Shown here: one piece after another, positions 43,366-57,121 of the stretch
Position numbering within the stretch: position 1 is the stretch's first letter
Layout: every line of letters begins with the position of its first letter
Assembly: GCA_951406725.2 (NCBI GenBank)
Contig: OX597832.1
Coordinates: forward strand, 58,466,001 to 58,530,000
Length of the DNA stretch: 64,000 bases
Direction of reading: 5' to 3'
From: Octopus vulgaris
Taxonomy: Eukaryota
Notes under the pieces: model-generated
The model's database searches: none
Told to the model about the DNA's origin: nothing
Seen by the model: only the letters and a program-made list of their open reading frames with translations
Position numbers and translations under genes: made by a program

Positions 43366-44490
43366 TTAATTTCTCTGTGTCAGTATGTTCGGATGGTTGA
43401 GTCTGGGTTTGTACTTTTCAATGAAGAATGTTTCCTTGTTCAGTCTCATTTGTGTTGATGATCCGAAAGCACATTGGTAAAATGGGAAGATTAAAAATTG
43501 TGGCAGTAGTTGCTTTGCGCATTTCTCAATGTGCTCACTAAAAGGTATCATTCTATATTCTGGGAATGCAATCTGTTGTCGATGCAGTGTGCATCTGCGC
43601 CTGAGTGATAGTCCCGTGGAACCCTCGTAGTCTTGGTGGCAGCCCGAGCATTTAATAACATAAATTATGTTTTCAGAGGCACAAGTAAAGTTAGATTTGA
43701 TCTTAAATTTCTGTCCCTCTTTAAAGAAGAATTCTGATCCTTCCAATAGGTTAGGACATGTTGCACAGTTCGATCTACCACATTTTTTTACTTTTGCATC
43801 CGTAATTTTAGAAGACAATTTTGCCTTTGTGAGAATCTTTTTAAGTGATTTAGGCTGTTTGTAGCTTTTAATGATTTGGTGTATGTTTAGAATTTCCTTT
43901 AATTTTGGGTTTTTATGAAGTATTGGTAAATTCTGGGTGATGATGGTGAAGGCTTCTTTGTTTCTGGGGTTGTATGTAGATATGTAAGGTAGTATTTTCG
44001 GGGAAGGTGTGTTGTTGTGTTGAACTTTTCTTAAAGTTTCTATGTTGATTTCTGTTGCACGTCTGATCCCATCCTCTATGAGTTGAGCTGGGTAATGTCT
44101 GTCAATTAGGGTGTTTTTGAGTTCTTGCAGTCTAAAGTTCCTGGTATTTTGTTCTGACACTATTGTGCATATCCTTCTTGCAAGGTTGAAGGGGATGTTT
44201 GTTTTAGTGTGTCTTGGGTGGCATGAATTAAAAAGAAGGTATTGTTTGGCGTCTGTGGCTTCGTAAAAAATGTCTGTTTCTATTTTAAGGTTAATTTTTT
44301 TAATTAGTATATCCAAGAACGGGAGCTCCTTTTGGTTGTATTCCATTGTGAACTGTATATTTGGGTTTATGCTGTTCAATAGGTTTTTAAATTTTAGGAG
44401 TTTATCTATGTTTTCATTCCAGAGAATGAAACAATCGTCTAGGAATCGTTTCCAATTCTCTTTTATGTATTGAGAGAGGGAGTTTCCAAA
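43366..44490 (-). CDS. C-terminal half of a PLE protein (RT motif C, thumb, Zn finger, GIY-YIG-type endonuclease), 5'-truncated
   Basis: WKRFLDDCFILW, IQFTME, LPFLDI, QYLLFNSCHPRHTKTNIPFNLARRI, CGRSNCATC, NIIYVIKCSGCHQDYEGST and KYKPRLN. The first ~22 aa of the listed ORF come from the inverted arm. Confidence 0.9.
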   Translation of the reverse strand, partial: FGNSLSQYIKENWKRFLDDCFILWNENIDKLLKFKNLLNSINPNIQFTMEYNQKELPFLDILIKKINLKIETDIFYEATDAKQYLLFNSCHPRHTKTNIPFNLARRICTIVSEQNTRNFRLQELKNTLIDRHYPAQLIEDGIRRATEINIETLRKVQHNNTPSPKILPYISTYNPRNKEAFTIITQNLPILHKNPKLKEILNIHQIIKSYKQPKSLKKILTKAKLSSKITDAKVKKCGRSNCATCPNLLEGSEFFFKEGQKFKIKSNFTCASENIIYVIKCSGCHQDYEGSTGLSLRRRCTLHRQQIAFPEYRMIPFSEHIEKCAKQLLPQFLIFPFYQCAFGSSTQMRLNKETFFIEKYKPRLNHPNILTQRN

Positions 44491-44854
44491 ATGCACACTG
44501 CATCGACAACAGATTGCATTCCCAGAATATAGAATGATACCTTTTAGTGAGCACATTGAGAAATGCGCAAAGCAACTACTGCCACAATTTTTAATCTTCC
44601 CATTTTACCAATGTGCTTTCGGATCATCAACACAAATGAGACTGAACAAGGAAACATTCTTCATTGAAAAGTACAAACCCAGACTCAACCATCCGAACAT
44701 ACTGACACAGAGAAATTAACAAGGAAACGGGAAAAAGATTTTTTAAGCGATTATCTCCCCTACACCGGAAAAAATCACTCACTACCTCCCCTTATTTAGA
44801 ATCTCCTGGAAATAAAAACAACGATAATTCCATGCAATATAAACATAACGTCAC

Positions 44855-44894
44855 AAGAAATTTGAAAAGCTACACGCGAAACCGGTAATTTCTT
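44855..44894 (+). ncRNA. minimal type I hammerhead ribozyme with U3:A8 core (right pseudo-LTR copy)
   Basis: AAGAAAT-TTGAAAA-GC(TACAC)GC-GAAA-CCGG-TA-ATTTCTT: 7-bp stem I, 2-bp stem II, palindromic CCGG loop III, GUA cleavage triplet. Confidence 0.8.
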
Positions 44895-45069
44895 TAAAAA
44901 TTTTTAAATTATGTCATTTTAAGGAAAGGAAAAAAAATTTTTCCAATATTCTCCAGACATTTTGACACAAATATATATATTTTTTAACATTTAAGCCTTC
45001 TGTCGTTTTTTCACACTTTACTATTTTCTTATATATTCACCCACGTGCTTTACCAAACAAACTTTCTTA

Positions 45070-45115
<46 letters not shown>

Positions 45116-45289
45116 CATATATACACACACAAAAGGAAAACGTTTTCTTCAAATTATTATTTCATACTTCAACACGTATTCAAACAGTGACTATTGAAAA
45201 GAAATTAGTCTCGCTTTCTCAGCTGATGATCGGAAACGAGAGACTCTGATTACAGGAAAATGGATGGCGCCTTTCACTATAATATGTAG

Positions 45290-45323
<34 letters not shown>

Positions 45324-45794
45324 ATATATACATGCATCTCTCCCCTTCTCTCTTCCACTTGTCTTCTTTCTTCTCAACTTCTACCATCTCTTGTGTCTCG
45401 CATATTTTTCTGCCTCTTAATGCCTTTTCTCCTTTCTCATAATCACGTCCATACTTATCACGCTTGTAGTTTACCTCCTTCGTACCAGTTGCTGTATGTC
45501 TCTTCGTTTATCATCTGTCAACGGTTAACGTCAGAAATTAACTGTCGTTTCCTCTCATTGTTATCCATTGACACATTCTCCCGATATTCCCTGTTTTACT
45601 TCAGTCCAAAGACATTTACTTAATATTCATTAGCCAATGACACTTTGTCCCTTGTGCTATTTGTCTGAGTCAATTTTTTTTGTTATTTCTGTAGATCTAA
45701 ATATATGTGGAACATGATGATTTTCCTTCGTATTTTGTCGCATGTTTCTGTGTGTTATGTCCTGCGTTGCCTTAACATCGCTGTCTTACGTACC

Positions 45795-46390
45795 TATTTC
45801 TTTACTACCCACAAGGGGCTAAACACAGAGAGGACAAACAAGGACAGACAAACGGATTGAGTCGATTACATCGATCCCAGTGAGCAACTGGTACTTATTT
45901 AATCGACCCCGAAAGGATGAAAGGGAAAGTTAACATCGGGAGAATTTGAACTCAGAACGTAGCGGCAGACGAAATACATATTTCTTTACTACCCACAAAG
46001 GGCTAAACACATAGGGGACAAACAAGGACAGACAAACGGATTAAGTTGATTACATCGACCCCAGTGAGCAACTGGTACTTATTTAATCGACCCCGAAAGG
46101 ATGAAAGGGAAAGTTAACCTCGGGGGAATTTGAACTCAGAACGTAACGGCAGACGAAATACATATTTCTTTACTACCCACAAGGGGCTAAACACAGAGGG
46201 GACCAACAAGGACAGACAAACGGATTAAGTCGATTACATCGATCTCAGTGCGCAACTGGTACTTATTTAATCGACCCCCGAAAGGATGAAAGGCAAAGTT
46301 AACCTCGGTGGAATTTGAACTCAGAACGTAGCGGCAGACAAAATATGGCTACGCATTTCGCCCGGCGTGCTAACGTTTTTGCCAGCTCGC
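45795..46390 (-). mobile_element. trimeric family A SINE with 17-bp TSD
   Basis: Three ~180-bp units; TCGCTGTCTTACGTACC at 45778-45794 and 46387-46403. Confidence 0.9.
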
Positions 46391-47538
46391 TGTCTTACGT
46401 ACCGTTACCCTAATCTTATATGGATGTTAGATATTTTATATAATCCAAACAGAACATTTGAAAATGTACATGGACTGTCATAGAATATTGGAATTCAATA
46501 ATGTTAACGTTGATATGAAAAAAATCGTTATGGATGAAAAATTAAATGGCTGAAGGATAGAACGGAAGAAATAAAAATTATAAAGGAAAAAGTAAAGAGA
46601 AAAGAAAAGAAAGGGATATAGTGTTATAGAATGAAGAAGGGAAACAGCATGGAATAAAAAACATCAAAAATATTATAATTATAAAAAATGTATATTAATG
46701 ATGTATGTGATCGAAAGATGAAGAAAATTAAAAACAAACGGGTGGATGTGAAATATAAAGCAATGAATATAAAGAGGAAGAGACAGCTTCATTATGTATC
46801 ATGTTGATTTATATAAAACTTATATTAGCTTTGTATTTAAAAGAGAATCACTAATAAATAGAAAGACAATGAGAAAAAGAGAGGAGTAGGAGAAATCAAC
46901 TTAAATATTTAAAAAGTTCAGAAACAATGGTGAAACATTTTCAGAAAGGGAAGTAATCTGAATAATAATTGTAAATTGTTGAATGTAACGGCATAAATTA
47001 ATTATAAAAATCATTGGCGTGTGAAAATTGATATAAGATCAATGGAACAAGGGGTGTAACTATATATAATTAATTAACAATGGGGGTCTGGTGTTTTAAA
47101 AGAAAAATGAAAATATTTGTGTTTGAAAATTTCTATTGAATATATTCCCAATTTGCAATAAAATAAGGTCATTTGTTTTTCGGATACGCTGGTTGTTCCA
47201 AAATTTCATATTTTGATGGAAGAATACGGAGTTATTTTTAAATATAAATATAATTTGATAAGAGCTGCACATCTGGTGGATTGCTGAAAGTATATGTTTA
47301 TGGGGCATGACATAATTTGAATGGACTCGCTGATAAATTAAAACTGATTTTCTAGACATGGATTTTGTTGATAACATTTAATAATTAGTTTATTTATGCG
47401 GAGGTTTTTAAGCAACGTGCAACAGATCTAGTAAATATTTACCATTTAAATCACGGGAATAAGAATTAAACAATTTCATTATTGAATTAAATTATTAAAA
47501 ATGATATATTCACACACACACACACACACACGCACACT

Positions 47539-47582
<44 letters not shown>

Positions 47583-47588
47583 TATATG

Positions 47589-47667
<79 letters not shown>

Positions 47668-48483
47668 TCGTGTATTTGTGTATATGTGTGTCACACAACC
47701 CTACACATTTATCTCGTCCCGCATGACTATTTTGTTTACGCATGATCAAGCTTACATATTGTTCTTCGAGTAGTGCTGAGTGTGCCTTACGAGGACATTA
47801 TGGAGAGACCGAATGAAAGGATGGGTCTAAAATATGAAAGATTTATAGGAAAAAGAGAAGTGCGAAGATGCTTATTATTTGATGCTTATAACAATGAGCG
47901 TGTAGCTTGATTATCAATGCACTCTTTGTTTTGGATTGACAGGGTATAATAGAGGAAACGAGTATTAACGGACAACAAATGAAAGTAGAAGATACTTGGA
48001 CGCAGACGAGACTGAGGTACGTGATTGAAAGTCTGAATGAGAAGTCGAAGAAATCTTCTACCACCACCACAATAGCCGCCACCGCATCACAAATTGATAC
48101 TTCATAGTCTGAGAAGCAACATTCTGTTTTTGTCTCCGTCACTTGACATTTCGGCATCAGTTTGTTGAAGTAAACACTTCGAGGTGATATCCCAGCATGG
48201 CCGCAGTTCAATGAATGAAACAAGCAAAAGATAAATATAAAAAAGGAAAAGAAGGAAAGGAATAATAAGAGAATAAGAAACGAAACAAACATGAAGTGCA
48301 AGAATTTCCGATTCGATTTATAAGCAAAGAAACTCGGACACCTGAAACTCGGAGTTTTATCATGGCTACCGAATAATTGTCACATATATTATATTTACAG
48401 ATAAGTTCTTCTATTTACATAATATCGAGGTCTCTTTCATTCTGTTGTTGTCTTACCATTTCTATCAATATATATATATATAT

Positions 48484-48533
<50 letters not shown>

Positions 48534-49504
48534 ATGAATGTCCCTCTTTTCTGTATATATACATTTATATATTTACATACACCTTCAGAAAAATATTTGT
48601 GAGTGTATCAGTCCATATGTACATGGATGTGTTTTTTTTTCGTCGTTTCTCTAAGTACGTGAATTAGTCTGTAATGCCAATGTAAACGATGTAAACAATG
48701 ATAAATATATCCTTTTATGCTCACACTTCATCTCCTTTGCAAATAGTCTGACCGGAAGATGAGATCTGGCCGCCTTTATGGCTCTTTGCATCGTGGCTTG
48801 TTTATCCCCGCTGACTGAATATGTCAATATGTTAATGTTATGTATTGCTATTTAGCCGTACGTATCAAAAAATTAGGAAGCGATCAAATCAGATGAATGT
48901 GCACGACCAATGAATAAATGGATAATTATAACAAAAAAAGGGGGAAAAAAAGGAAAATAAATGCTCTGAACAAGGAGTCGTTTTCAGTAACCAAATCAGA
49001 AAATGGCTACATCGCAGTATTACAAGAACTAAAAAATGTTACAAGGCCATAGAATATTTGTAGCAAAGTATAATCGATTGGATCGGCGTCCAATCAATAA
49101 TTCTACGGTAATTATGTTGTCGACCTTAGAAGGATTAAATGCAAATTTAACTCCACCTGGAATTGAAACTCAGATCGTAAAGAGACATAACTAAACTCCA
49201 TAAGGCTCTTTGTCTGACAGCTCTAATGCTTTTGTTTTTATCAATCTATGCGTTTCTATAATGAAAAATTGTAAAATTGCCAATAAGTCCCAAAACTGCT
49301 ACGAGGGTAAAGCCGAATGTATTTACTTCGATATTTGACTGTTACTATTTGTTATCGAGCCCCGGAAGGATTCAAACCAAATTTGACCTAGATAGGATTT
49401 GATTTAGAATACACAACCATAATTACAACAAGGACCTTTATTTTTCAACTCTCAAGCAATTTGGCCAATTCTTCCTCTCGGTTATGATTAATAATAATAA
49501 TAAT

Positions 49505-49623
<119 letters not shown>

Positions 49624-49646
49624 TAATAATAATAATAATAATAATG

Positions 49647-49727
<81 letters not shown>

Positions 49728-49730
<3 letters not shown>

Positions 49731-49925
49731 GAACAAATAGGGACTGCAAATACATGGAACAAATAGGGGCTGCAATAAGGCAATAAGAGTGGAGCACTTA
49801 CAGAAAAAAGCACTGCTTGGAACCGCTCGGATACTCCGGATGGTGCTCGAAAAATAAGGAGTGTTACGAACAGCTGACACCGTAGAACATCACCGTTAGA
49901 AGCTGTGCAAAGACAATAAAACAAT
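49728..49925 (+). mobile_element. R4/Dong-clade non-LTR retrotransposon 3' end (different subfamily)
   Basis: RVEHLQKKALLGTARILRMVLEK*, directly after a long (TAA)n; small 5' duplications (ATGGAACAAATAGGG twice). Confidence 0.75.
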
Positions 49926-49934
49926 AATAAACCT

Positions 49935-50133
49935 TTCTACAGAAGGCGCAAGGCCTGAAATTTTTGGGGACGGGACTAGTCGATTACATTGACGCCAGTG
50001 TTCAACTGGTACTTATTGTATGGAAAGGATGAAAGGCAAAGTCGACCACGGTGGTATTTGAATGCAGACCGCAAGGACGGACGAAATGCCGCTTAGCATT
50101 TTGTCAGGCGTGCTAAGGATTCTGCCACGTCGC
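49935..50133 (-). mobile_element. family A SINE
   Basis: GAAAGGATGAAAGGCAAAGTCGACC...GGCGTGCTAAGGATTCTGCCA. Confidence 0.8.
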
Positions 50134-50994
50134 AATAATAATAATCCTTGAATAATACTATTAGGATCCATGGAATTTACACGATTTCCTAACGTGGAGC
50201 TCAGTCAGACAATCAAGGATATAGGGGAGAGGCTTGTTCTAAGGAACGTCCATCCTCTATTTGGGAGCACGTTTTATATATTATATATTATATATCTTTC
50301 TTTTTCCATTACCCCTGATAGTTTCCAAATATTCTGCAGTTTCTCTTTTTTGTCGCCGCTGTAACACGTGACGGTTTACCACTGCTTCTAGTCTATGGTC
50401 AGCTCTGTGCAGGAATAGGATGCTTCTCAGTTTCTCTGTACCCTACACCGTTGTCTACGCCTGGTACTTGTGGCACTCATAAAGAAGTGATATCATTTGT
50501 TTTCGATTTAGCTATTATCAGAATTGCTATTAGTGGAAACAGAGATAACAGCTCCGGAAATAGCTAGAGTGAATTTCTAATTTGGTCAATAGCTTCCCTG
50601 CTAATATTTTTTTTTCTCTCAATCGCTACTTATCTGCGAAATAATATCGATCCTACTCTAATCGACCGCTTAAGAGTGGTCAACTGCGGCTTAACTAATT
50701 CATTAACCCGGTCGCTGTAGGTTTTCCACGCTGTGAACATTTTATCGCAAGATAAAATGTTGTTTCTGCTGTCTCTGTAACTAGCTATCTCCCATATTTT
50801 CTTTCCGTTTTTTTTTTATTTAATTTTCCTTTTCTGCTGGGAAGAAAGCAGAAAATTTACATTTATTTCAACATTTGGCTTTCTGTTCTGCACCAACAAT
50901 CAGATTTAACTTCCTTCCCCATTCCTTGAATAGCATACATTACCGACATGGCCTTGTCGTATTCGACTATTAGCCAAAAACTGGTTGTCTATAC

Positions 50995-51145
50995 GTGTGG
51001 TAAGTAGCTTGCTAGCCAACCACATGGTTCTGGGTTCAGTCCCACTGCGTGGCATCTTGGGCAAGTGCCTTCTGCTATAGCCTCGGGCCGACCAAAGCCT
51101 TGTGAGTGGATTTGGTAGACGGAAAACTGAAAGAAGCCTGTCGTA

Positions 51146-51212
<67 letters not shown>

Positions 51213-51430
51213 ATATGTTTGTGTGTCTGTGTTTGTCCCTCTAGCATTGCTTGACAACCGATGCTGGTGTATTTACGTCCCCGTCACTTAGCGGTTCGGC
51301 AAAAGAGACAGATAGAATAAGTACTGGGCTTACAAAGAATAAGTCCCGGGGTCGATTTATTCGACTAAAGGCGGTGCTCCAGCATGGCCGCAGTCAAATG
51401 ACTGAAACAAGTAAAAGAGTAAAAGAGTAA
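50995..51430 (+). mobile_element. family B SINE, young near-consensus copy
   Basis: GTGTGGTAAGTAGCTTGC...GGCGGTGCTCCAGCATGGCCGCAGTCAAATGACTGAAACAAG with a (TAAAAGAG)n tail. Confidence 0.9.
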
Positions 51431-51449
51431 AGAGTATATCTATCCTGTA

Positions 51450-52030
51450 AGCAAAGAGCCGCTCGAATCTGCCACATTGGTCATCATTATTATAAAAACC
51501 ATCTGCATATATCTGCGCAGCTCTCTCGAGTCCCCATCGCTCACACGAGATATCCCATCGAGTTGAATTTTCCGTAGACCCGGGGCCGCTCAGGCCTTTG
51601 CTCTCCTGAAAACACATGCAGTTGTTCCATACCCACACCAGCGCATTCAGGAAATCTAGTCGGTGCATATCAGACAGAACTGGACGAGTCTGCAAAGCTT
51701 TTAACGTCGTTCTCTTATCAGATAATCTCACTTATTCCCCATCTGAAATGTTTCTTTCTCCTGCTAGCATTAAAAGCACTGTACGTTCTCAATAGCACTT
51801 CGACACATCTGAGGAAATACGACCGCTCTAGCATGGACGGGTCACAGACATCTACTAGTCAGAAGGCATCGCTTTCCGTACTGCTCATATCGCACTGCTC
51901 AGCTAACGTCCAATTCCAGGATGTTCGTCTCGTCCCGGATTTGAAAGTCAAGACTTTCTGAAATAGAAAGGCATATTCACAAGAACATCAAAGCGACTAT
52001 GGAGATGTTCTTCAAGGAATTTTGGTTCTA
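51450..52030 (-). mobile_element. decayed RTE-type LINE fragment
   Basis: Frameshifted minus-strand peptides IRERR*KL, LVW..., RELRRYM resemble the RTE C-terminal IRERRLR...LW.P.HG...EL...M pattern. Confidence 0.4.
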
Positions 52031-52304
52031 TTATGGCTACACTATCTAAATTTACTGACTGGATTGTCGTTGAAAAGTGACTCTGCTTAATTTATGCATT
52101 TCGGAATAGAGATATGTAGATCAGACAAAAAAAAAAAACTTAAGTTCTTTGATAATCCAGTATTGTCGGTCGTGGAAAGGATTCTTGAAAAACCTCTTTA
52201 AAAGGAGTTTGTTTGACTTCTGATGAAATATTTCCATGTTAAAAAATGGTCTTGTGTTTCAGGTTGTGTGTTTCTCTGTAGAAGTTGCTTTTCTTGTACT
52301 GTTT

Positions 52305-52627
52305 TACTGTTTTACTCTTTTACTTGTTTCAGTCATTTGACTTTGGCCATACTGGAGCACCGCCTTTGATCGACCAAATCTACCCTAGGACTTATCCTTT
52401 ATAAGCCTAGTACTTATTCTATCGGTATCTATTGCCGAACTACTAAGTTACGGGAACGTAAGCACACCAGCATTGGTTGTCAAGCGATGTTGGGGGGGGG
52501 GACAAACACAGACACACAAACATATAGACACACATACATATATATATACATATATACGACGGGCTTCTTTCAGTTTCCGTCTGCTAAATCCACTCACAAG
52601 GCTTTGGTCGGTCTGAGGCTATAGTAG
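52305..52627 (-). mobile_element. family B SINE, 5'-truncated
   Basis: TTACTTGTTTCAGTCATTTGACT...GAGGCTATAGTAGA. Further fragments at 19570-19645, 23980-24062, 48185-48225 and 63965-64000. Confidence 0.85.
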
Positions 52628-52669
52628 ATGTTCTCATTTGTGTTGCTGTTATTGCCATTGGATTTTATT

Positions 52670-52898
52670 TATTTATTGCCCTCAAGGGGCTAAACACAGC
52701 GGGGACAAACAAGGACAGACAAACGGATTAAGTCGATTAGATTGACACCAGTACATAACTGGTACTTAATTTATCGACCCCGAAAGGATGAAAGGCAAAG
52801 TCGACCTCGGCGGAATTTGAACTCAGGACGTATCGGCAGACGAAATACGGCTACGCATTTCGCCAGGTGTGCTAACATTTCTGCCAGCTCGTCGTCCT
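52670..52898 (-). mobile_element. family A SINE
   Basis: Full copy, close to the consensus of the other units. Confidence 0.88.
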
Positions 52899-53474
52899 TA
52901 CTGCTGTTTCTTCTACTACCAATGTTGCTACTAGCATTACTGTAGTTGCGATGTAGGCCAAACTGCATTTTTCCGCAAATTCCTCCTCTGCTGATAGAAG
53001 TTCTTTGGGTGTATGAAGGGACCACTTATACAGCACTTAAGTCTTCTTCCTTCCTACCACGAATAATCCATTTGCGTTTCCTTCCACTGATTACTTCACC
53101 TTCCACTTTCCATTCATATTTCAATCATCACCAATGTCGATGCTGTTCGTAACATTGGGATTTTCGGATGAAAAACAGAGTATTTCTCCAACCAATTAGT
53201 ATGCTAATGGTCATATAATTGCTATAAACGCTTAGTTTATTTTCGATGTTATCGTTGTTGTTGCTTTTGTTGTTGTAGTTTGACATGTTGTTGTGTTTGT
53301 TTAAAAAGTAGAGTCCCACAGGGTACAAGAGCAAATGAACCAGCCGGCGGTTCTGGTCTGATCAGGAACAAAAGGAATGCAAAAATCAACAATGACATCA
53401 TGAAATATCAACAGATTTCTTTCAACATTCGGAGAGACACAAATACGTGAAGCGCAGGTGTCGTCGTCGTCGTC

Positions 53475-53558
<84 letters not shown>

Positions 53559-53601
53559 ATAGAAGTAGTAGTAGTAATAGAGTAGTAGTAGTAGTAGTAG
53601 T

Positions 53602-53637
<36 letters not shown>

Positions 53638-53699
53638 ACAACAACAGTAACAAAATCAGTAGCAGTAGCAGCAATAATAACAACAACAATTCCTCCTAC

Positions 53700-55100
<1,401 letters not shown>

Positions 55101-55619
55101 GGAAAGGAAATCAATAATTTAGAAAGAGGGGGGAAAGGTAGAGGTGGTGCACACCCCTGTCAAAGGAATGAGGTGTGTGACAGATAGACAGTGAGTAAAG
55201 AAGAATAATGAATGATGGTAGGTCAATCAAGAGGTCACAACTGGAGATGGATGGGGTGGGGGTGGGGAAAGTTATAAATGGAGGAATGCATCAGATTAAA
55301 ATACAAAGGGAAGGAGATAGGTAGAGGGTGGCACGGATTAAAATGGGATGAAGGAGGAAAGTGTGGTGTTTTAAGAAGGAGGGAGAATGGGATTATGTGA
55401 TAAAGAAGGTAAAATGTTAAAGTTAACAAGAAGGGGGAGGCGGGTTAGAGGAAGGGAGCAGAAATGGAGAGATGTCTGATAGGGAGATGATGGGGCAAAG
55501 CGTGAAGAGGAAATTCTGTTATGGACGGTGATAGGGAGAGCGGGGGAAGCGAAGAGGAGGAGAAGGAGTGAGATTTGTGTATGTGTGTATGTATATGTGT
55601 GTGTGTATGCGTGTGTGTA

Positions 55620-56165
55620 TTTGTAGGAGGGAGGAAGAAAGAGAGACGAATGGTCAGAGAGAGGAGGGAGAGAGAAGGAGGGAAAGTGGGAAAGGGAGAG
55701 AGAGGGAGGGAGAGAGCAGAGAGAGCAGGAGGGAGAGAGAGAGCAGGAGGGAGAGAGAGAGCAGGAGGGAGAGAGTGAAATGGTGAGAGAGATTAGGAGG
55801 GGGATTGAGAAAGGGAGAGAGAACGCGGAGAGAGAAGAGAGAGAGAGCAAGAGAGAGAGAAATGGTGAGAGAGAGAAGGAAGAGAGAAGGAGGGAGAGAG
55901 AGAAATGGTGAGAGAATGGGGAAGAGAAGGGAGAGAGAGAAAGAGAGAGAGGGCAGGATGGAGAGATAAAGAGAGAGAGAGAAGATGGGAGAGAGAAAGA
56001 AGGAGAGAGAGAGAACGGGGAGAGAACGGTGAGAGAGAAAAAGAGTAGGAAAGGGGAAAGAAAAGGGAGAGGGAAAAAGGAATTAGAGGGAGGGAGAGAG
56101 AGTGGGGAGGGAGAGAGAGAGGGAAAAGAGGAAGAGAGAATGAGAATGAGAGAAAGAAGAAAAAA
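55620..56165. repeat. GA-rich polypurine low-complexity tract
   Basis: Read directly; includes GAGAGCAGGAGGGAGAGA three times. Confidence 0.9.
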
Positions 56166-56694
56166 GTATCAGGCAGTTAATAATGAGAAGAGCAATTAGT
56201 TAATGGGATTTGAACGCTGTTCGCAGGATTGTTGTTGAATAAAAGGCTTTTATTTCAAATAAAACAATAACCGCGAGCTGGGCTATTGATATCGTGTCAA
56301 TAAGAAAGGAAAAAAAAAAAAAAGGAAAAGAAACACAAAATACCCCAAAACAAGCAGCAAACATCAGCCAATAAATAAACAAATAGCCTACGAAAACATG
56401 TTTGTGTTTGTGTGTGGGTGCTGTCGGTGGTCACACAATTTGCTAGAAATAGCGTTCATATTTCCAGCGAAACACGTCAAGAATGGTTGGATATTGTTGC
56501 GTACAGATATATATATATATATATACTGCATTTTGGATATGTGACGTGATGGTCACGATTTGACCGTCTTTGACCAGGGCTTGACATTGCGCTAAGCAAC
56601 ACCATGTCAAATGGGCTGAAGAGTGGCAATCGATTGTGTGTCATGGTAGATCCTTTTTCATAAACAAAAATTTATTATCAGTATTTGTTGGTGT

Positions 56695-57121
56695 TTGTCC
56701 TGAGTTCAAATTCCGCGGAAGTCGATTTTGCCTTTCATCCTTTCGGGGTCGATAAATTAAATACCAGTTGCGTACTGGGTTCGAGCTAATCGACTGAGCC
56801 ACTCCCCCAAAATTTCGAACCTTGGCCTAGAGTAGAAAAGAATATTTGTTGGTGTTAGGGCGACGAGCTGGTAGAATCATTAGCACGATTAGCGGTATTT
56901 CGAATGCCGTTACGTTCTAAGTTCACATTCCGCTGAGGTCAACTTTGCCTTTCATCCTTTCGGGGTCGATTAAATAAATACCACTGGAGTCGATATAATC
57001 GACTTAATCCGTTTGTCTGTCCTTGTTTGTCTCCTCTGTGTGTAGTCCCTTGTGGGCAGTAAAGAAATAGGTATTTCGAATGCCGTTACGTTCTGAGTTC
57101 AAATTCCGCCGAGGTCGACTT
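56695..57121 (+). mobile_element. family A SINEs (partial copy + 1.3-mer)
   Basis: GAGTTC..ATTCCGC at ~56702, 56920 and 57095. Confidence 0.85.

Larger units (their letters stand above)
43051..45071 (-). mobile_element. 5'-truncated Penelope-like retroelement with inverted pseudo-LTR
   Basis: Minus-strand ORF with PLE RT and GIY-YIG motifs. 43051-43594 is a near-perfect reverse complement of 44491-45033. The right arm has an extra 35-nt extension (45037-45071). Both ends lie in (TA)n. Confidence 0.93.

Noticed and set aside
44491-44719. Independent gene at ORF 44534-44719 and the N-terminus of ORF 43366-44556
   Set aside because: Both arise from the inverted pseudo-LTR duplicating the PLE C-terminus.
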